A stretch of 64,000 nucleotides of DNA from positions 758 to 64,757 of the forward strand of contig DAIMKF010000006.1 in NCBI GenBank assembly GCA_036721855.1, in the 5' to 3' direction. The DNA comes from Bacillota bacterium (GTDB taxonomy: Bacteria; Bacillota; DTU065). The position numbers were made by a program, and so were the translations under genes. Below the pieces are notes generated by a model, which saw only the letters and a list, made by a program, of their open reading frames with translations, had not been told where the DNA came from and did no database searches. Below are positions 19,904 through 30,287 of the stretch, piece after piece. Each line of letters begins with the position of its first letter. Within the stretch, counting starts at the first letter, position 1.

Positions 19904-21127
19904 TTATGGTAACACTTCCACCTCTAGTTCACAGTTAATTGGAATTTCAGTGGTGATAACATCTTTGGCGGCGATGGCCTTGATTTTTAGAGTATTATTC
20001 TGATTAGTTGCTTTATCAATAGCTGATTGAAGAATCTTCACAGGTACATCAACTACTTTACCGTTTTCACCGACAATCATTCCTCTTTTGCGAACTGCAA
20101 TATTAAGATTTGTTAACATATTAGCAATCTCTTCAAAAATTTCTTGGGAGGTTAAATTGCTATTAATAACTGTCTCAGCTAAAAGGTCACCTTTATTAAA
20201 GATCTTTTGTTTGGGAAAGTACTCGAAAAAACAAGCCAATGGTTCACCCAGTACTGTATTGCCCCAAGCTACAATCCTAAAAACACCTTCTTCATTAGTG
20301 CTTGCAAAATTAGCGATATCTTGAATACTATTTAGATCTTCACCAATAATTCTTAGTGCCTTAAAACCCTTTTGTGTACTGCGAGCACCTTTTTCAAAGG
20401 CTAAAGAATCAGTTAACTCAATAGCTGAGAGGATTTGATTATCAATCTCCTGAGCAGTTCCGGATACCACTTTATTGTAAATTATTTCCTCAGTCTGATA
20501 AAGAATATAGCCTCCATATAATCGCACCAATGATTCTTCGGTATATTGTTTAGACTTTGTAGTCTCTTCGATTCTTGCGGTCAGCCTTTGCTCTACTTCT
20601 TTTAAAACATCCACTCTTGATTCGGCAATTTCCAATTCTAATGTCTTTTGGTCTAACGTCTTACTAGCTTCAGATAGCTGTTTTTTTATTGACTCATAGT
20701 CTTTATTCAATTGATTTAATTTAGAATCAGTTTCTTTTAGCTCTTCTATTGCTACAATCCTTTGTGAATCAATATTGGCAAGTTCGTCTTTAGTTTTGGC
20801 AATTAAAGATGATAGCTCTGCTAAATCCTTTTCTTTTATTACTAACTCCTCTTTCTGGTTAGCCAAGGTCGTTTTTAGCTTTTCAAGTCCAAATAAAGCA
20901 GTGCGAACTTCAATTGAAATAGCTGAAAGAAAAGCTACTGTGCCCAGTGTAATTACCATTCCTGTAATAATAGTTATTAAAATAGAGGTGTGCCTTGGTC
21001 TTAACCCAAAGAGAGTAAGCCTCTTTTTACCAACTTTAATACCTAACTTATCGCCTATAAAGGCTATAGTTCCACCAGTGATTGTGAGAACTAATAATAG
21101 AAGCACTCCACTTAGAGATAATCCCAA
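19904..21127 (-). CDS. DUF3084-like membrane coiled-coil protein
   Basis: N-terminus TIAFIGDKLGIKVGKKRLTLFGLRPRHTSILITIITG matches my recollection of the DUF3084 signature, followed by a second TM and a coiled coil. Starts 4 nt after the lptF/G stop. Confidence 0.5.
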   Translation of the reverse strand: MGLSLSGVLLLLVLTITGGTIAFIGDKLGIKVGKKRLTLFGLRPRHTSILITIITGMVITLGTVAFLSAISIEVRTALFGLEKLKTTLANQKEELVIKEKDLAELSSLIAKTKDELANIDSQRIVAIEELKETDSKLNQLNKDYESIKKQLSEASKTLDQKTLELEIAESRVDVLKEVEQRLTARIEETTKSKQYTEESLVRLYGGYILYQTEEIIYNKVVSGTAQEIDNQILSAIELTDSLAFEKGARSTQKGFKALRIIGEDLNSIQDIANFASTNEEGVFRIVAWGNTVLGEPLACFFEYFPKQKIFNKGDLLAETVINSNLTSQEIFEEIANMLTNLNIAVRKRGMIVGENGKVVDVPVKILQSAIDKATNQNNTLKIKAIAAKDVITTEIPINCELEVEVLP

Positions 21128-21130
21128 AAC

Positions 21131-22225
21131 TCATCGCCCCCTTTTTATAGCCAGAAAGAAACTCCAGGTGCCGATAATAATATTCTGAGTCCATGCTGAT
21201 AAACCTGGCGGCAGGTGACCTCCTTCTCCCAGCACTGAAGATAGTGTAAGTAGGAGATAGTAAAGAAAAACAATAGCAATACTTAAGCCAAACCCTCTTG
21301 CCGAACCCGCTCTGGGAGAAGAGACTGCCAGAGCAGCTCCTAATATTGCAAATATCAGACTGGCAAAGGGCACAGATATCTTTTGATGATACTCAATCAG
21401 GAGTTTCCTAACTTTCTCGCCTTGCTTTTGCAGTAAATTAATTTTTCTTTTTATTTCACGAATTCCCATTTGACTGGGACTTTTTTGTATTACCGAAACA
21501 TCTTGAGGTCGATATTTAATTGCTACCGGCTGGATACTTTTTTGAAATGTCATCTCCGTAGTTGATGTTTCATTATGAAAAGTAGTTTTACCCTCTTTAA
21601 GATACCAAGCCTCATCGCTCCAGATCATTTTCTCAGCTTGAGTTGTGCTCTCGGGTTTTCCTTCAAAAAAGGTAAAGTAACTGACATTAGAAAAAGTGTT
21701 TGTATCCGGATCAAACTCGGCTGCATAGATAAGAGTTTTTAGCTTGCCAGCTTCATAATCCTCCAAAAGCACATTGTGTTTTATCTTAGGCAGAGGTTTT
21801 TGGCTTACCATTTGATTGAAAAGCATTTCATAGCGGAGTATGGCTGCCGGTGCTAAAATATCGTTTACAAACAAACCTAATAGTGTTATGCAAAGCCCAA
21901 ATACTAAAATGGGACGTATAGTACGCCAAAAGCCTTGACCGCAAGCTTGAATAGCAATAATCTCGCTGTTTTGAGACAGTTTGCCTAAAGCTAAAAGCAC
22001 ACCCATCAATGTTGCCATAGGAAGTGCATAGACAAGTATCTGAGGGAATTTCATCAAAGCTAAGTCTAAAGCTGTAAAAAAAGATGCGCCAACACTAACA
22101 GCTACTCGAGCCAAATAGACTAAATCAGCAGCTACAAAGATCCCCGCAAACGCTACCACACCAAAAATAAAGGGGAAAATCAGCTCACTTATTATATATC
22201 TATCTAAAATTGAGTAGTGTTTCAT
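21131..22225 (-). CDS. LPS export ABC permease, LptF/LptG (YjgP/YjgQ) family
   Basis: [26 protein letters not shown] start, six-TM layout with a periplasmic beta-jellyroll insert; 4-nt overlap with lptB. Confidence 0.8.
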   Translation of the reverse strand: MKHYSILDRYIISELIFPFIFGVVAFAGIFVAADLVYLARVAVSVGASFFTALDLALMKFPQILVYALPMATLMGVLLALGKLSQNSEIIAIQACGQGFWRTIRPILVFGLCITLLGLFVNDILAPAAILRYEMLFNQMVSQKPLPKIKHNVLLEDYEAGKLKTLIYAAEFDPDTNTFSNVSYFTFFEGKPESTTQAEKMIWSDEAWYLKEGKTTFHNETSTTEMTFQKSIQPVAIKYRPQDVSVIQKSPSQMGIREIKRKINLLQKQGEKVRKLLIEYHQKISVPFASLIFAILGAALAVSSPRAGSARGFGLSIAIVFLYYLLLTLSSVLGEGGHLPPGLSAWTQNIIIGTWSFFLAIKRGR

Positions 22226-22941
22226 AAAGAAAAGCGCTCCCCTAAGTAGAGGCGTTTGGCATCGGGATCATTGGCGATAGCTGTTGAACTTCCTGAAACT
22301 AAAATGCGGCCTTCATGCATGATATAGGCTCTATCTGTAATCGAAAGCGTCTCTCTTACATTGTGATCAGTTATTAACACCCCTAACTGTTTTTCTCTTA
22401 ACATGGCAATAATCTCTTGAATATCTGCAACTGCTATAGGATCAACACCCGCAAAGGGTTCATCCAAAAGAATAAAAGAAGGATCAGCAGCCAGGGCCCG
22501 TGCTATTTCTGTTCTCCTTCTCTCTCCTCCCGATAAACGAAACCCTTTTGTTTTTCTGACAATTCCAAGTTTAAATTCTTCGATCAATGCATCTGTCCTG
22601 GTTTTTTGTTGTTTGGAATTAAAGCCTCTAGCTTCAAGAATTGCCATAATATTTTCTTCCACACTGAGTTTGCGAAATACCGAGGGTTCTTGAGGTAAAT
22701 ACCCGATACCATTTAAAGCTCTTTTATACATGGAAAGATGAGTAATATCTTTTTTATCTAAGAAGATTCGTCCACTATTAACACTTTCAAGCCCGACAAT
22801 CATATAAAAAGTGGTGGTTTTCCCTGCGCCGTTTGGCCCTAAAAGTCCAACAACTTCTCCACGGTTAACTTCAATGGAAACATCGTTTACTACCTTGCGC
22901 TGACTGTATATTTTCACAAGATCCTCCGCAATAATACTCAA
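22222..22941 (-). CDS. lptB: LPS export ABC transporter ATP-binding protein
   Basis: [49 protein letters not shown] and [12 protein letters not shown] give a close LptB pattern. Confidence 0.85.
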   Translation of the reverse strand: MSIIAEDLVKIYSQRKVVNDVSIEVNRGEVVGLLGPNGAGKTTTFYMIVGLESVNSGRIFLDKKDITHLSMYKRALNGIGYLPQEPSVFRKLSVEENIMAILEARGFNSKQQKTRTDALIEEFKLGIVRKTKGFRLSGGERRRTEIARALAADPSFILLDEPFAGVDPIAVADIQEIIAMLREKQLGVLITDHNVRETLSITDRAYIMHEGRILVSGSSTAIANDPDAKRLYLGERFSL

Positions 22942-24068
22942 GAAACCACCTCCTTTTTGAGAATATCGGCAATTAGAATCGCCATTTTTGTTGATGCACC
23001 GGGACTTCCCATTCTTTCTTTGCCAACTGACCCCCTCTTACGACATTCCAAGGGGTGGAGTGCCAGATAATCGACTGCTTTGGCTACTTGATTATAATCG
23101 GCTTCAACCAAAAAGACAGCCTCACCTAAAAGCTTTTTTTGCTTTTTAGCAAAATAGGGGGTAAATTGAGTTCCCGGTCCAACAAAAGTCACTACAGGTT
23201 TGCCCAGCCCGGCTGCCTGTTCATTGCCGGTTCCGCTAAGACCTATTATTATTTCAGATTGACTGATAATATCACCAAATAAACCTTGGCCTAGGTAAAC
23301 TCTTTTTAAACCTTTTTTAAGTACACATGTAGCAAATGGACTTGTATCTCTCTCCCAATCTATAGTATCTATAAAACTTTCTATATCAAAATCTTGGGTT
23401 AAAGCGGTCAAGTAATGATCACGGATTTTAGTTTTTTCAACAATCTTTAAGATAGCTTTTAAATTTATAGCTGCATCCTGCCTGCTCCCGGGTAGAATAC
23501 CAATGGGATTTGGCAAGTTAAACGCGTTCCCTTTTATGTCTATGGCATCCATCATAAGATTGCCCAGACAATTGGCTTTGACTCTTCTTTTTCTTAGATC
23601 TATTGCTGTAACTTCATCCCTTGGCAATACTACCAGAGCTTTTTTTCTCATAATAGCTACTTCCAGGTGTGAATGAGGCTTTATATAATTGGATTTGGCC
23701 GTAGGAATAAAAACTATCTCTGTCTTTAGATTTTGTGCTACCAGAAAAAGATTGTAAGTATCGCCTACACAAATAGCAAGGCTAATACCTGTTAAATTTC
23801 TCAAAACCTTCTTTTGGTCTGCTATCTGCCTGAAAAGACCGCTTGCTATATCATCCCTGAGATTTTTCCAGCCCAGGTAGGCAAAACCACCACTTGGAAG
23901 CAGTGGTTGAGAATGAATCTTATCAATACCAGCCTGATCATAGGCCAAACCCAAACCCACTAGAGGAAGTGCTAGTATCTCCTGATCGAGATAGTCTTTT
24001 AGTCTTTTAGCCAGCACAGCAGCTAGTGCATCTTCTCCATGTCCGTTACTGATAATTAGCACCGCCAC
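22938..24068 (-). CDS. Lipid-A-disaccharide synthase-related protein (LpxB-like paralog, function unknown)
   Basis: The N-terminal [21 protein letters not shown] motif matches my recollection of the LpxB-related family seen in cyanobacteria and others. Coupled to lptB by a 4-nt overlap. Confidence 0.55.
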   Translation of the reverse strand: MAVLIISNGHGEDALAAVLAKRLKDYLDQEILALPLVGLGLAYDQAGIDKIHSQPLLPSGGFAYLGWKNLRDDIASGLFRQIADQKKVLRNLTGISLAICVGDTYNLFLVAQNLKTEIVFIPTAKSNYIKPHSHLEVAIMRKKALVVLPRDEVTAIDLRKRRVKANCLGNLMMDAIDIKGNAFNLPNPIGILPGSRQDAAINLKAILKIVEKTKIRDHYLTALTQDFDIESFIDTIDWERDTSPFATCVLKKGLKRVYLGQGLFGDIISQSEIIIGLSGTGNEQAAGLGKPVVTFVGPGTQFTPYFAKKQKKLLGEAVFLVEADYNQVAKAVDYLALHPLECRKRGSVGKERMGSPGASTKMAILIADILKKEVVS

Positions 24069-24127
24069 AGCTTCCCCTCCTAACTAATTCTCTTTATTAA
24101 ACGAATAGACCTTTGGCAATTGTTGGC

Positions 24128-25897
24128 TTATTCATCTTCTTTATTGGCTAGGCCATGATAGAGTCTATAATACAGACCGCCTGCTTGCAGCAATTGTGTG
24201 TGTGTCCCTATCTCGGCAATGTGACCATCTTTTAAGACAATTATTTTGTCTGCCTTTTTAATTGTTGACAGCCTATGGGCTATCACCAAAGAGGTGCGTC
24301 CTTTTTGCAGGCTTTCAAAGGCTTCTTGTACAACTCTTTCGCTTTCAAGATCAAGTGCTGAGGTAGCTTCATCAAGAATTAAGATCCTTGGTTGTCTAAT
24401 AATTGCTCGAGCTAAAGCTATTCTCTGTCTTTGCCCACCGGAAAGGTTTACACCTTCTTCCCCAATTGGGGTAAAGTACCCCAGCGGTAGTTTTTCAATA
24501 AATTCATGGGCGTTGGCTTTTTGGGCAGCCCAAATAACCTCATCTAACGAAACCTTCTCTTTGGAGGCTTCAGCCTTACCATAGGCTATACTATCAAAAA
24601 TAGTGCCCGAAAATAAAAAAGTCTCCTGTGGGACTAAACCAATTTGACGTCTAAGTGATCTCAAGGTTACATGAGTTAAATCTTGGCCATCTATTAAAAC
24701 CTTACCTTCTTGAGGATGATAAAAACGCATGATTAAATTGGCGATGGTAGTTTTACCTGAACCACTTGGTCCAACAATAGCAACTACTTCGCCCGGGCTA
24801 ATAGTAAAAGAAACATCAGACAGAATGATTTCTTTTTCATATGAAAAACTGACATTTCTAAACTCGATTTGGCCTTTTGTAACCTCCAGTTCTTTTTGTT
24901 CTTCAACCTCAGCTTCTTTTTCTTCATCCATCAGTTCAAAGATACGTTCAGATGAAGCGAGTGCTTGTTGATAAACTCCAAAAAGCCTTGACAGTGAAGT
25001 AATGGGACTTACAGACATGCCTAAATAACCTATAAAAGTTACCAGAGTTCCCGCTGTAAGTCGGCCTGCTATTACTTCTTTGCTGCCATACCAAATAACA
25101 GTTAAAATGCCGGTTATACTTATAATTTCTATTACCGGTAGCACTAAAGCCATAACTCCAGCTGCTTTGATGTTCACATTAAAGGCCTGCTGGTTAGTGC
25201 TTTTGAGGTTTTCATATTCTCTTTTTTCAGCACCATAGGCTTTAATAATCCTTATCCCGGCTAATACCTCCTGTAGCAAAGCTGAGATATCTGCCAGCCT
25301 AGCTTGAATCTGTTTGGCTAAAGTTCTAATCTTCTTACCCAGGTAAAAAATAGTAAGACTGATAAGAGGCAGTACTAAAAATGCGACCAGGGCTAAATAC
25401 GGATGCAAGTAAAAAGTAATAACTAATATCCCTATACCTGTCACAATTTGATTGAAAAATTCTCCTAACCCCTGACCTACTGCATTTTGCACCACATTGA
25501 TGTCATTGGTTACACGTGAGATAACCTCACCTCGTCTTGCTTTGTGATGATATTCTAAGGGCAAATATAAAAGACGTTTAAAAAGGTCCTCTCTTAAGTC
25601 CCTTACCACCCCACTGCCTACATAAGAAAGACAGAAGTGTTGCGTATAATTCAAAATACCTCGTAAAACATAAAGACCAATAGCCACAAGAGCTAAACGA
25701 TTTAACTCAACTAAGCCAGTAGCAGTGCCAATATCGCTAAGAACCTGGTCTATTAAGCCCTGTCCCAACAGAATAGGTAAATACAAAGCTGTTAACGCTA
25801 GTGCTATTAAAGACAATGTCCCCACAAACGCATAGCCAAGGTAGGGGCGAAGATAAGCTAAAAGACGCCTAGTCACCTTTTTTTTCTCTTTAGTCAC
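24128..25897 (-). CDS. msbA: Lipid A/LPS flippase-type ABC exporter (MsbA-like)
   Basis: Six-TM exporter domain plus NBD (GPSGSGKTT, LSGGQRQRIALARA, ILILDEATSALD). Sits within the lpx/lpt genes. Confidence 0.75.
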   Translation of the reverse strand: MTKEKKKVTRRLLAYLRPYLGYAFVGTLSLIALALTALYLPILLGQGLIDQVLSDIGTATGLVELNRLALVAIGLYVLRGILNYTQHFCLSYVGSGVVRDLREDLFKRLLYLPLEYHHKARRGEVISRVTNDINVVQNAVGQGLGEFFNQIVTGIGILVITFYLHPYLALVAFLVLPLISLTIFYLGKKIRTLAKQIQARLADISALLQEVLAGIRIIKAYGAEKREYENLKSTNQQAFNVNIKAAGVMALVLPVIEIISITGILTVIWYGSKEVIAGRLTAGTLVTFIGYLGMSVSPITSLSRLFGVYQQALASSERIFELMDEEKEAEVEEQKELEVTKGQIEFRNVSFSYEKEIILSDVSFTISPGEVVAIVGPSGSGKTTIANLIMRFYHPQEGKVLIDGQDLTHVTLRSLRRQIGLVPQETFLFSGTIFDSIAYGKAEASKEKVSLDEVIWAAQKANAHEFIEKLPLGYFTPIGEEGVNLSGGQRQRIALARAIIRQPRILILDEATSALDLESERVVQEAFESLQKGRTSLVIAHRLSTIKKADKIIVLKDGHIAEIGTHTQLLQAGGLYYRLYHGLANKEDE

Positions 25898-27116
25898 GGC
25901 CCCACCTCCTTACCAGAGTTTCGGCGATAATCTCAGCTGCATTGCTTTTAGGATATAATTCTTTGAGCTTTATAGAGATCTCATGGAGTTTTTCTTTATC
26001 CTGATAGATAAAAAGAGCAACCTCGGCTACTTGGTTCAGATCCAAAAATCCTCTCAGTTCAGGCACAACTTCTTGATTGGCAAGCAAATTTGGCAAAGCT
26101 GTAGCAGTTATTGAAGCAGCTTTTTTCCAGATAAACCTCTCTTTAATAAATAAACCCAAGTACGGAATACTGCCAATAAGACCAGCTAATCCTGTCAGTG
26201 GGATCTCCCTGGCGATATTTAACGGTAAAACAACAAGCATTGGTAGCCCATAAAAAGCCATCTCCGCTGTATTAGTACCTGGTATAGTTAAAGCAAAAGC
26301 TGATGTTTCCATTATTTCATACTGCTTATTGTAAAAAAAAGGCACCTTGACTCCTGCAGATGTTTCAAGCATATTCTCGTCAATAATTCTACCGGTTACC
26401 CCTTTAAGTAACGGGTTCTGGTTTTTTAGAGCTTGGTATAGCATTGTCTTTTTAATAAACGGAGAGAGGCTAACCACAAATTCCAGATCGGATTGAGCTT
26501 CTTTCATTTTCTCTGCTACACCTAAAAAGAAAGGTAGTAGGCTCTGAAAATGATGGCGACTCCCGGGAAAAAGTGCTATTTGCCTTGGGTTTTTAGATAG
26601 ATTACCATAAGTTAGGTTTGAAAGCATAAGATCGCCAACTATTTGTATCTTATCGGTCCTGACTCTTTTTTTAACTTCTTCTTTTACTTTTTGATTAGGT
26701 ACAAAAACCAGATCTATGTTTTTATTAGCTCTTTTAGTACTGTAAACTGCTACCGGGTAATTCAAAAGATTTCCAAGCCTTTGCGCATGCATAATGTCTC
26801 CACCTAAAAATAAGACACAGCCTGACTTTTCTTTGGGAATTTTAGTCTGTCCCAAAGCCAGCGACCAGTATCTATCGGGGGGATAGACATGCCTGATTGC
26901 TTCTTGTTGTAATAAAAAAGCTGTTTCTTGCCCCGAGGCAAATGTACAAGGGGTTACAACAACATCAACCTTAACCCCAAGATTGTAGAGGGCCTTAGCA
27001 ACAGGTTTGACCCAGGCGGAAGTTTCTCCGGGACTATTAGTTGTTATCACTACCTGCACCACGGGCCACCTCCAAAACAATTTTTGCGGTATTGGTATAA
27101 GCACCTTGACTCCCAA
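25890..27116 (-). CDS. Second LpxB-like (GT19-related) protein of unknown function
   Basis: VVITTNSPGETSAWVKPVAKAL resembles the LpxB N-terminal GE.SGD region, and FPGSRHH parallels LpxB LPGSR. The real start is probably a GTG near 27060, because the ORF-track start overlaps lpxB by 80 nt. Confidence 0.45.
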   Translation of the reverse strand: MGVKVLIPIPQKLFWRWPVVQVVITTNSPGETSAWVKPVAKALYNLGVKVDVVVTPCTFASGQETAFLLQQEAIRHVYPPDRYWSLALGQTKIPKEKSGCVLFLGGDIMHAQRLGNLLNYPVAVYSTKRANKNIDLVFVPNQKVKEEVKKRVRTDKIQIVGDLMLSNLTYGNLSKNPRQIALFPGSRHHFQSLLPFFLGVAEKMKEAQSDLEFVVSLSPFIKKTMLYQALKNQNPLLKGVTGRIIDENMLETSAGVKVPFFYNKQYEIMETSAFALTIPGTNTAEMAFYGLPMLVVLPLNIAREIPLTGLAGLIGSIPYLGLFIKERFIWKKAASITATALPNLLANQEVVPELRGFLDLNQVAEVALFIYQDKEKLHEISIKLKELYPKSNAAEIIAETLVRRWGRD

Positions 27117-28185
27117 GCTTTGGACGAACTTTCCGTAACTTGGCTTGGATCTGTTTATTAGGTGCTGTATCTACCAAAAGAGGCTCTAGATTAGTTACCA
27201 TATTGGAAACGGTAAATTTGTTATGAATAAGTTCGACAACTACTCTTTCATTTAAAATAATATTGGGCAAAGCATAATATTTTACTTTGACCAGTAGCTT
27301 AGTTAGCAGGGCTGTTAATATAGAAAGCTTATAGACAGATACCATTGGACGTGCTAAAAGCGCAGCCTCTAAGGTTACCGTCCCACAAGTGCAAAGACAG
27401 GCAGTTGCCGCAGCTATAGCCTGATGGGTGTTTTTTTCAATTATTACGACCTCAAAATCCGTATCCTTAGTGATATTTATGACCTTTTCCTTCTCAATTG
27501 AAGCGGCTAAAGCTAGAATAACCTGAAGATTTTGATTGGCTTTTTTTAACTCCTTAGCTGCTTCTAGCATCAATTTTAAATGAGTTTTAATTTCCTGGTT
27601 TCTAGAACCCGGTAAAAGTGCTAAGACCGGTTTATTGGCATCAAGATCTAATTCTCTACACGCTGTTTCGCGAGAGATCTCGGTAGGGATTTCTTCTAAA
27701 AGGGGGTGGCCCACCATCTCTATATTGGCGCCGGCAGCTTGGTAAACAGCCAAATCCATAGGCATGATTGCTGCCACTGCATCTACTGTTTGGGCAACTT
27801 TTTTGGCTCTTTTTTGACCCCAAGCCCATGCTGAGGGAGGAACAAAATAGACACAAGAGATCCCCAAACCATGAGCAATTTTAGCCAAACGCATATTAAA
27901 GCCGGGAAAATCTATTAGCACTAGACAATCTGGGCGTCTTAAAATAAGTATATTTTGAAGACGCTTAAGCCATTTTTTAAAAAAGCCAACCAGCTTTAGC
28001 GCTTCTGTAAAGCCCACCACGCTTAATTGGGTCGGATCAAAGATTACCTCTAGACCTTCACTTTCCATAAGAGGACCTCCAAATCCGTAAAAGACGGTCT
28101 TAGGTAGGCTCTCTTTAATAGCTTTAATAAGACTAGCTCCGTAGTAATCCCCGGAGGCTTCTCCGCAAACTATCATTATCTGCAT
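27037..28185 (-). CDS. lpxB: Lipid-A-disaccharide synthase
   Basis: MQIMIVCGEASGDYYGASLIKAIKE, LLPGSRNQEIK, and GTVTLEAALLARPMVSVYK. The ATG at 28185 has a GGGGG RBS; the ORF opens at 28239. Confidence 0.8.
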   Translation of the reverse strand: MQIMIVCGEASGDYYGASLIKAIKESLPKTVFYGFGGPLMESEGLEVIFDPTQLSVVGFTEALKLVGFFKKWLKRLQNILILRRPDCLVLIDFPGFNMRLAKIAHGLGISCVYFVPPSAWAWGQKRAKKVAQTVDAVAAIMPMDLAVYQAAGANIEMVGHPLLEEIPTEISRETACRELDLDANKPVLALLPGSRNQEIKTHLKLMLEAAKELKKANQNLQVILALAASIEKEKVINITKDTDFEVVIIEKNTHQAIAAATACLCTCGTVTLEAALLARPMVSVYKLSILTALLTKLLVKVKYYALPNIILNERVVVELIHNKFTVSNMVTNLEPLLVDTAPNKQIQAKLRKVRPKLGSQGAYTNTAKIVLEVARGAGSDNN

Positions 28186-28207
28186 TCTTTTACCCCCATA
28201 CCGGACC

Positions 28208-29008
28208 CTACTTTGCAAAGCCATAGATCGCCAAACCATTCTCTTTAGCTAGGCTGAAAGCTTCGTCTTTTTCCAGTAAAAAAGCTTTGCCGGCTTCTAC
28301 AGCTAAGACCCTAATTTTAGCAGCTATAGCCTTTTTAATAGTTTCGGCACCAAGTGCAGGTACATCTACACGCCAATCTTGGTTTGTGCGACTGACTTTA
28401 ATGGCCACAGCACCCTCTTTAGCCAGTTGGCCTCCTCTTAAGATAGTGGCATCCGTTCCATCGATAGCTTCGACTGCAAAAACCGTCTTTTTTTTCACCA
28501 CAACAGTTTGTCCGATATCAGCATCTGCAACTATTTTTGCAATTTCAAAGCCAAAAAAGATATCTTCTAGTTCTTCTTTCGTAGGTTCACCTATAATTGC
28601 ACCTTTTTTGGCTACTTCATCTTCTAGGTACTTTGCTTGAGAAGCAACATGGATACCATTTTTCTCAAAACTTTCAATGAGTGCTTTACAGATAGCATCA
28701 TTTTGGAAATTTGGAATACGGCCAAGAATACTTAGCCAAGTTAAGTCGGGCTTAACCTGCAAAAATTCAATCTTGGAGAATCTCCCGGCCATAACTATTT
28801 CGTTAATGCCTTCGGACTTGATATAGTTTATTAGCTTTTCTAATTCTCCTAAATCAAACACTTTGAACTGGACTTTTTCTAAACTAGGTATTTGTTTTTC
28901 AAAAGAACTCAACATTATAACCGGTTCTAAACCTTTTGCTCTCATGCCCCTGGCAATTAAGGTGGGCATTATACCTCCACCGGCTATTATGCCAGCTTTA
29001 CTCCTCAT
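28208..29008 (-). CDS. lpxI: UDP-2,3-diacylglucosamine hydrolase, LpxI type (DUF1009)
   Basis: AGIIAGGGIMPTLIARG start, VMAGRFSK, and DIGQTVVVKKKTVFAVEAIDGTD. Sits between lpxA and lpxB. No lpxH is present in the window. Confidence 0.7.
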   Translation of the reverse strand: MRSKAGIIAGGGIMPTLIARGMRAKGLEPVIMLSSFEKQIPSLEKVQFKVFDLGELEKLINYIKSEGINEIVMAGRFSKIEFLQVKPDLTWLSILGRIPNFQNDAICKALIESFEKNGIHVASQAKYLEDEVAKKGAIIGEPTKEELEDIFFGFEIAKIVADADIGQTVVVKKKTVFAVEAIDGTDATILRGGQLAKEGAVAIKVSRTNQDWRVDVPALGAETIKKAIAAKIRVLAVEAGKAFLLEKDEAFSLAKENGLAIYGFAK

Positions 29009-29810
29009 TCTCGTCTCCTTCTTCCTTTTGGCGTGCAGAACATATACCTCGTCCTACTTCACGCAAAAACCTAACAAAATGGTCTATTTCGGGATAGCCT
29101 TTTAAGGTTTGTTCAATAGCACTAATCGCTTGAGAGACATTTAAGTCTTGGCGGTAGAGTATTTTATAGGCCTTTTTAATTTCAGCCCTAACCTCCGGAG
29201 TTAGACCACCACGCCTTAGACCAACAAAGTTTACACCAGCTACTTTAGCTGGTGCTCCATCTACCAATAAAAAAGGAGGTACATTTTTGGTAACCTTTGA
29301 GACTCCGCCAATCATTGCCATTGTCCCAATGCGGCAAAACTGGTGGACCCCGGACATGCCTCCGATAACTACTCTATCTTCAACGGTTACATGGCCGGCA
29401 AGACCTGCTCCATGTGAAAGAATTACATTGCTTCCTACCTGACAGTCATGGGCAATATGTGAAAAGGCCATAATTAAAGTATCCTTGCCAATGATTGTAT
29501 AGCCATTACCTGTAGCTGTGCCTCTTTCAATAGAAGCCATCTCTCTTACTTGTGTATTCTCTCCTATTATAACCAGTGTCTTTTCACCTTTGTATTTTAA
29601 ATCCTGTGGTTGCATGCCGATAATAACTCCGCCATTTATGTGGCAATTTTCCCCTATTTGGCTGCCTGAGTGTATAGTGCACCTCTCACCAAGATAAACA
29701 TTATCACCGATTTCAGCCTCAGTTTCTACAATACAAAAAGGACCAATCTCTACATTTATTCCTAACTGTGCTTTGGGATCGACTATAGCTGTAGGATGAA
29801 TCTTAACCAC
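28998..29810 (-). CDS. lpxA: Acyl-ACP--UDP-GlcNAc O-acyltransferase
   Basis: IHPTAIVDPKAQLGINVEIGPFCIV hexapeptide repeats and C-terminal helical domain (LRRGGLTPEVRAEIKKAYKILYR). Confidence 0.9.
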   Translation of the reverse strand: MVKIHPTAIVDPKAQLGINVEIGPFCIVETEAEIGDNVYLGERCTIHSGSQIGENCHINGGVIIGMQPQDLKYKGEKTLVIIGENTQVREMASIERGTATGNGYTIIGKDTLIMAFSHIAHDCQVGSNVILSHGAGLAGHVTVEDRVVIGGMSGVHQFCRIGTMAMIGGVSKVTKNVPPFLLVDGAPAKVAGVNFVGLRRGGLTPEVRAEIKKAYKILYRQDLNVSQAISAIEQTLKGYPEIDHFVRFLREVGRGICSARQKEEGDENEE

Positions 29811-29867
29811 TTCTACTTTGGCCCCCCTCCTAAAAGTAATCAGTTTTCTGAATCTAAGTCAACTGCT

Positions 29868-30287
29868 TTAGCCCAGGGCAAATAGCAACTCTGCTTGGGC
29901 CACAATTTTACCGTCTACTAAAGCATTGCTGTTAACCCTGACAATGTTGCCTTTAGCTTTAATAATGTTCACTTCAACAATAAGTTGATCCCCGGGAACT
30001 ACAGGCTTGCGAAAACGTGCTTTATCAACCCCGGCAAATAAAGGTGTCCCTTCTTTTTCCTCACGGCTTGCCATAAAAGCTATCCCGGTAGACTGAGCCA
30101 TAATTTCTAAGATATAAACACCAGGTAGAAGCGGGTTTTGAGGGTAATGTCCCCTAAATTGGGGTTCGTTTATAGAAACATTTTTCAATGTGACTACTCT
30201 TTTACCAGGTTCAAGCTCTAATACTCTGTCAATTAGAAGCATTGGATAGCGATGTGGTAGTAGAGCCATGATCTCTTTGATGTTCAT
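29868..30287 (-). CDS. fabZ: 3-hydroxyacyl-ACP dehydratase
   Basis: LPHRYPMLLIDRV...INEPQFRGHYPQNPLLPGV is the canonical FabZ hot-dog motif. Confidence 0.92.
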   Translation of the reverse strand: MNIKEIMALLPHRYPMLLIDRVLELEPGKRVVTLKNVSINEPQFRGHYPQNPLLPGVYILEIMAQSTGIAFMASREEKEGTPLFAGVDKARFRKPVVPGDQLIVEVNIIKAKGNIVRVNSNALVDGKIVAQAELLFALG

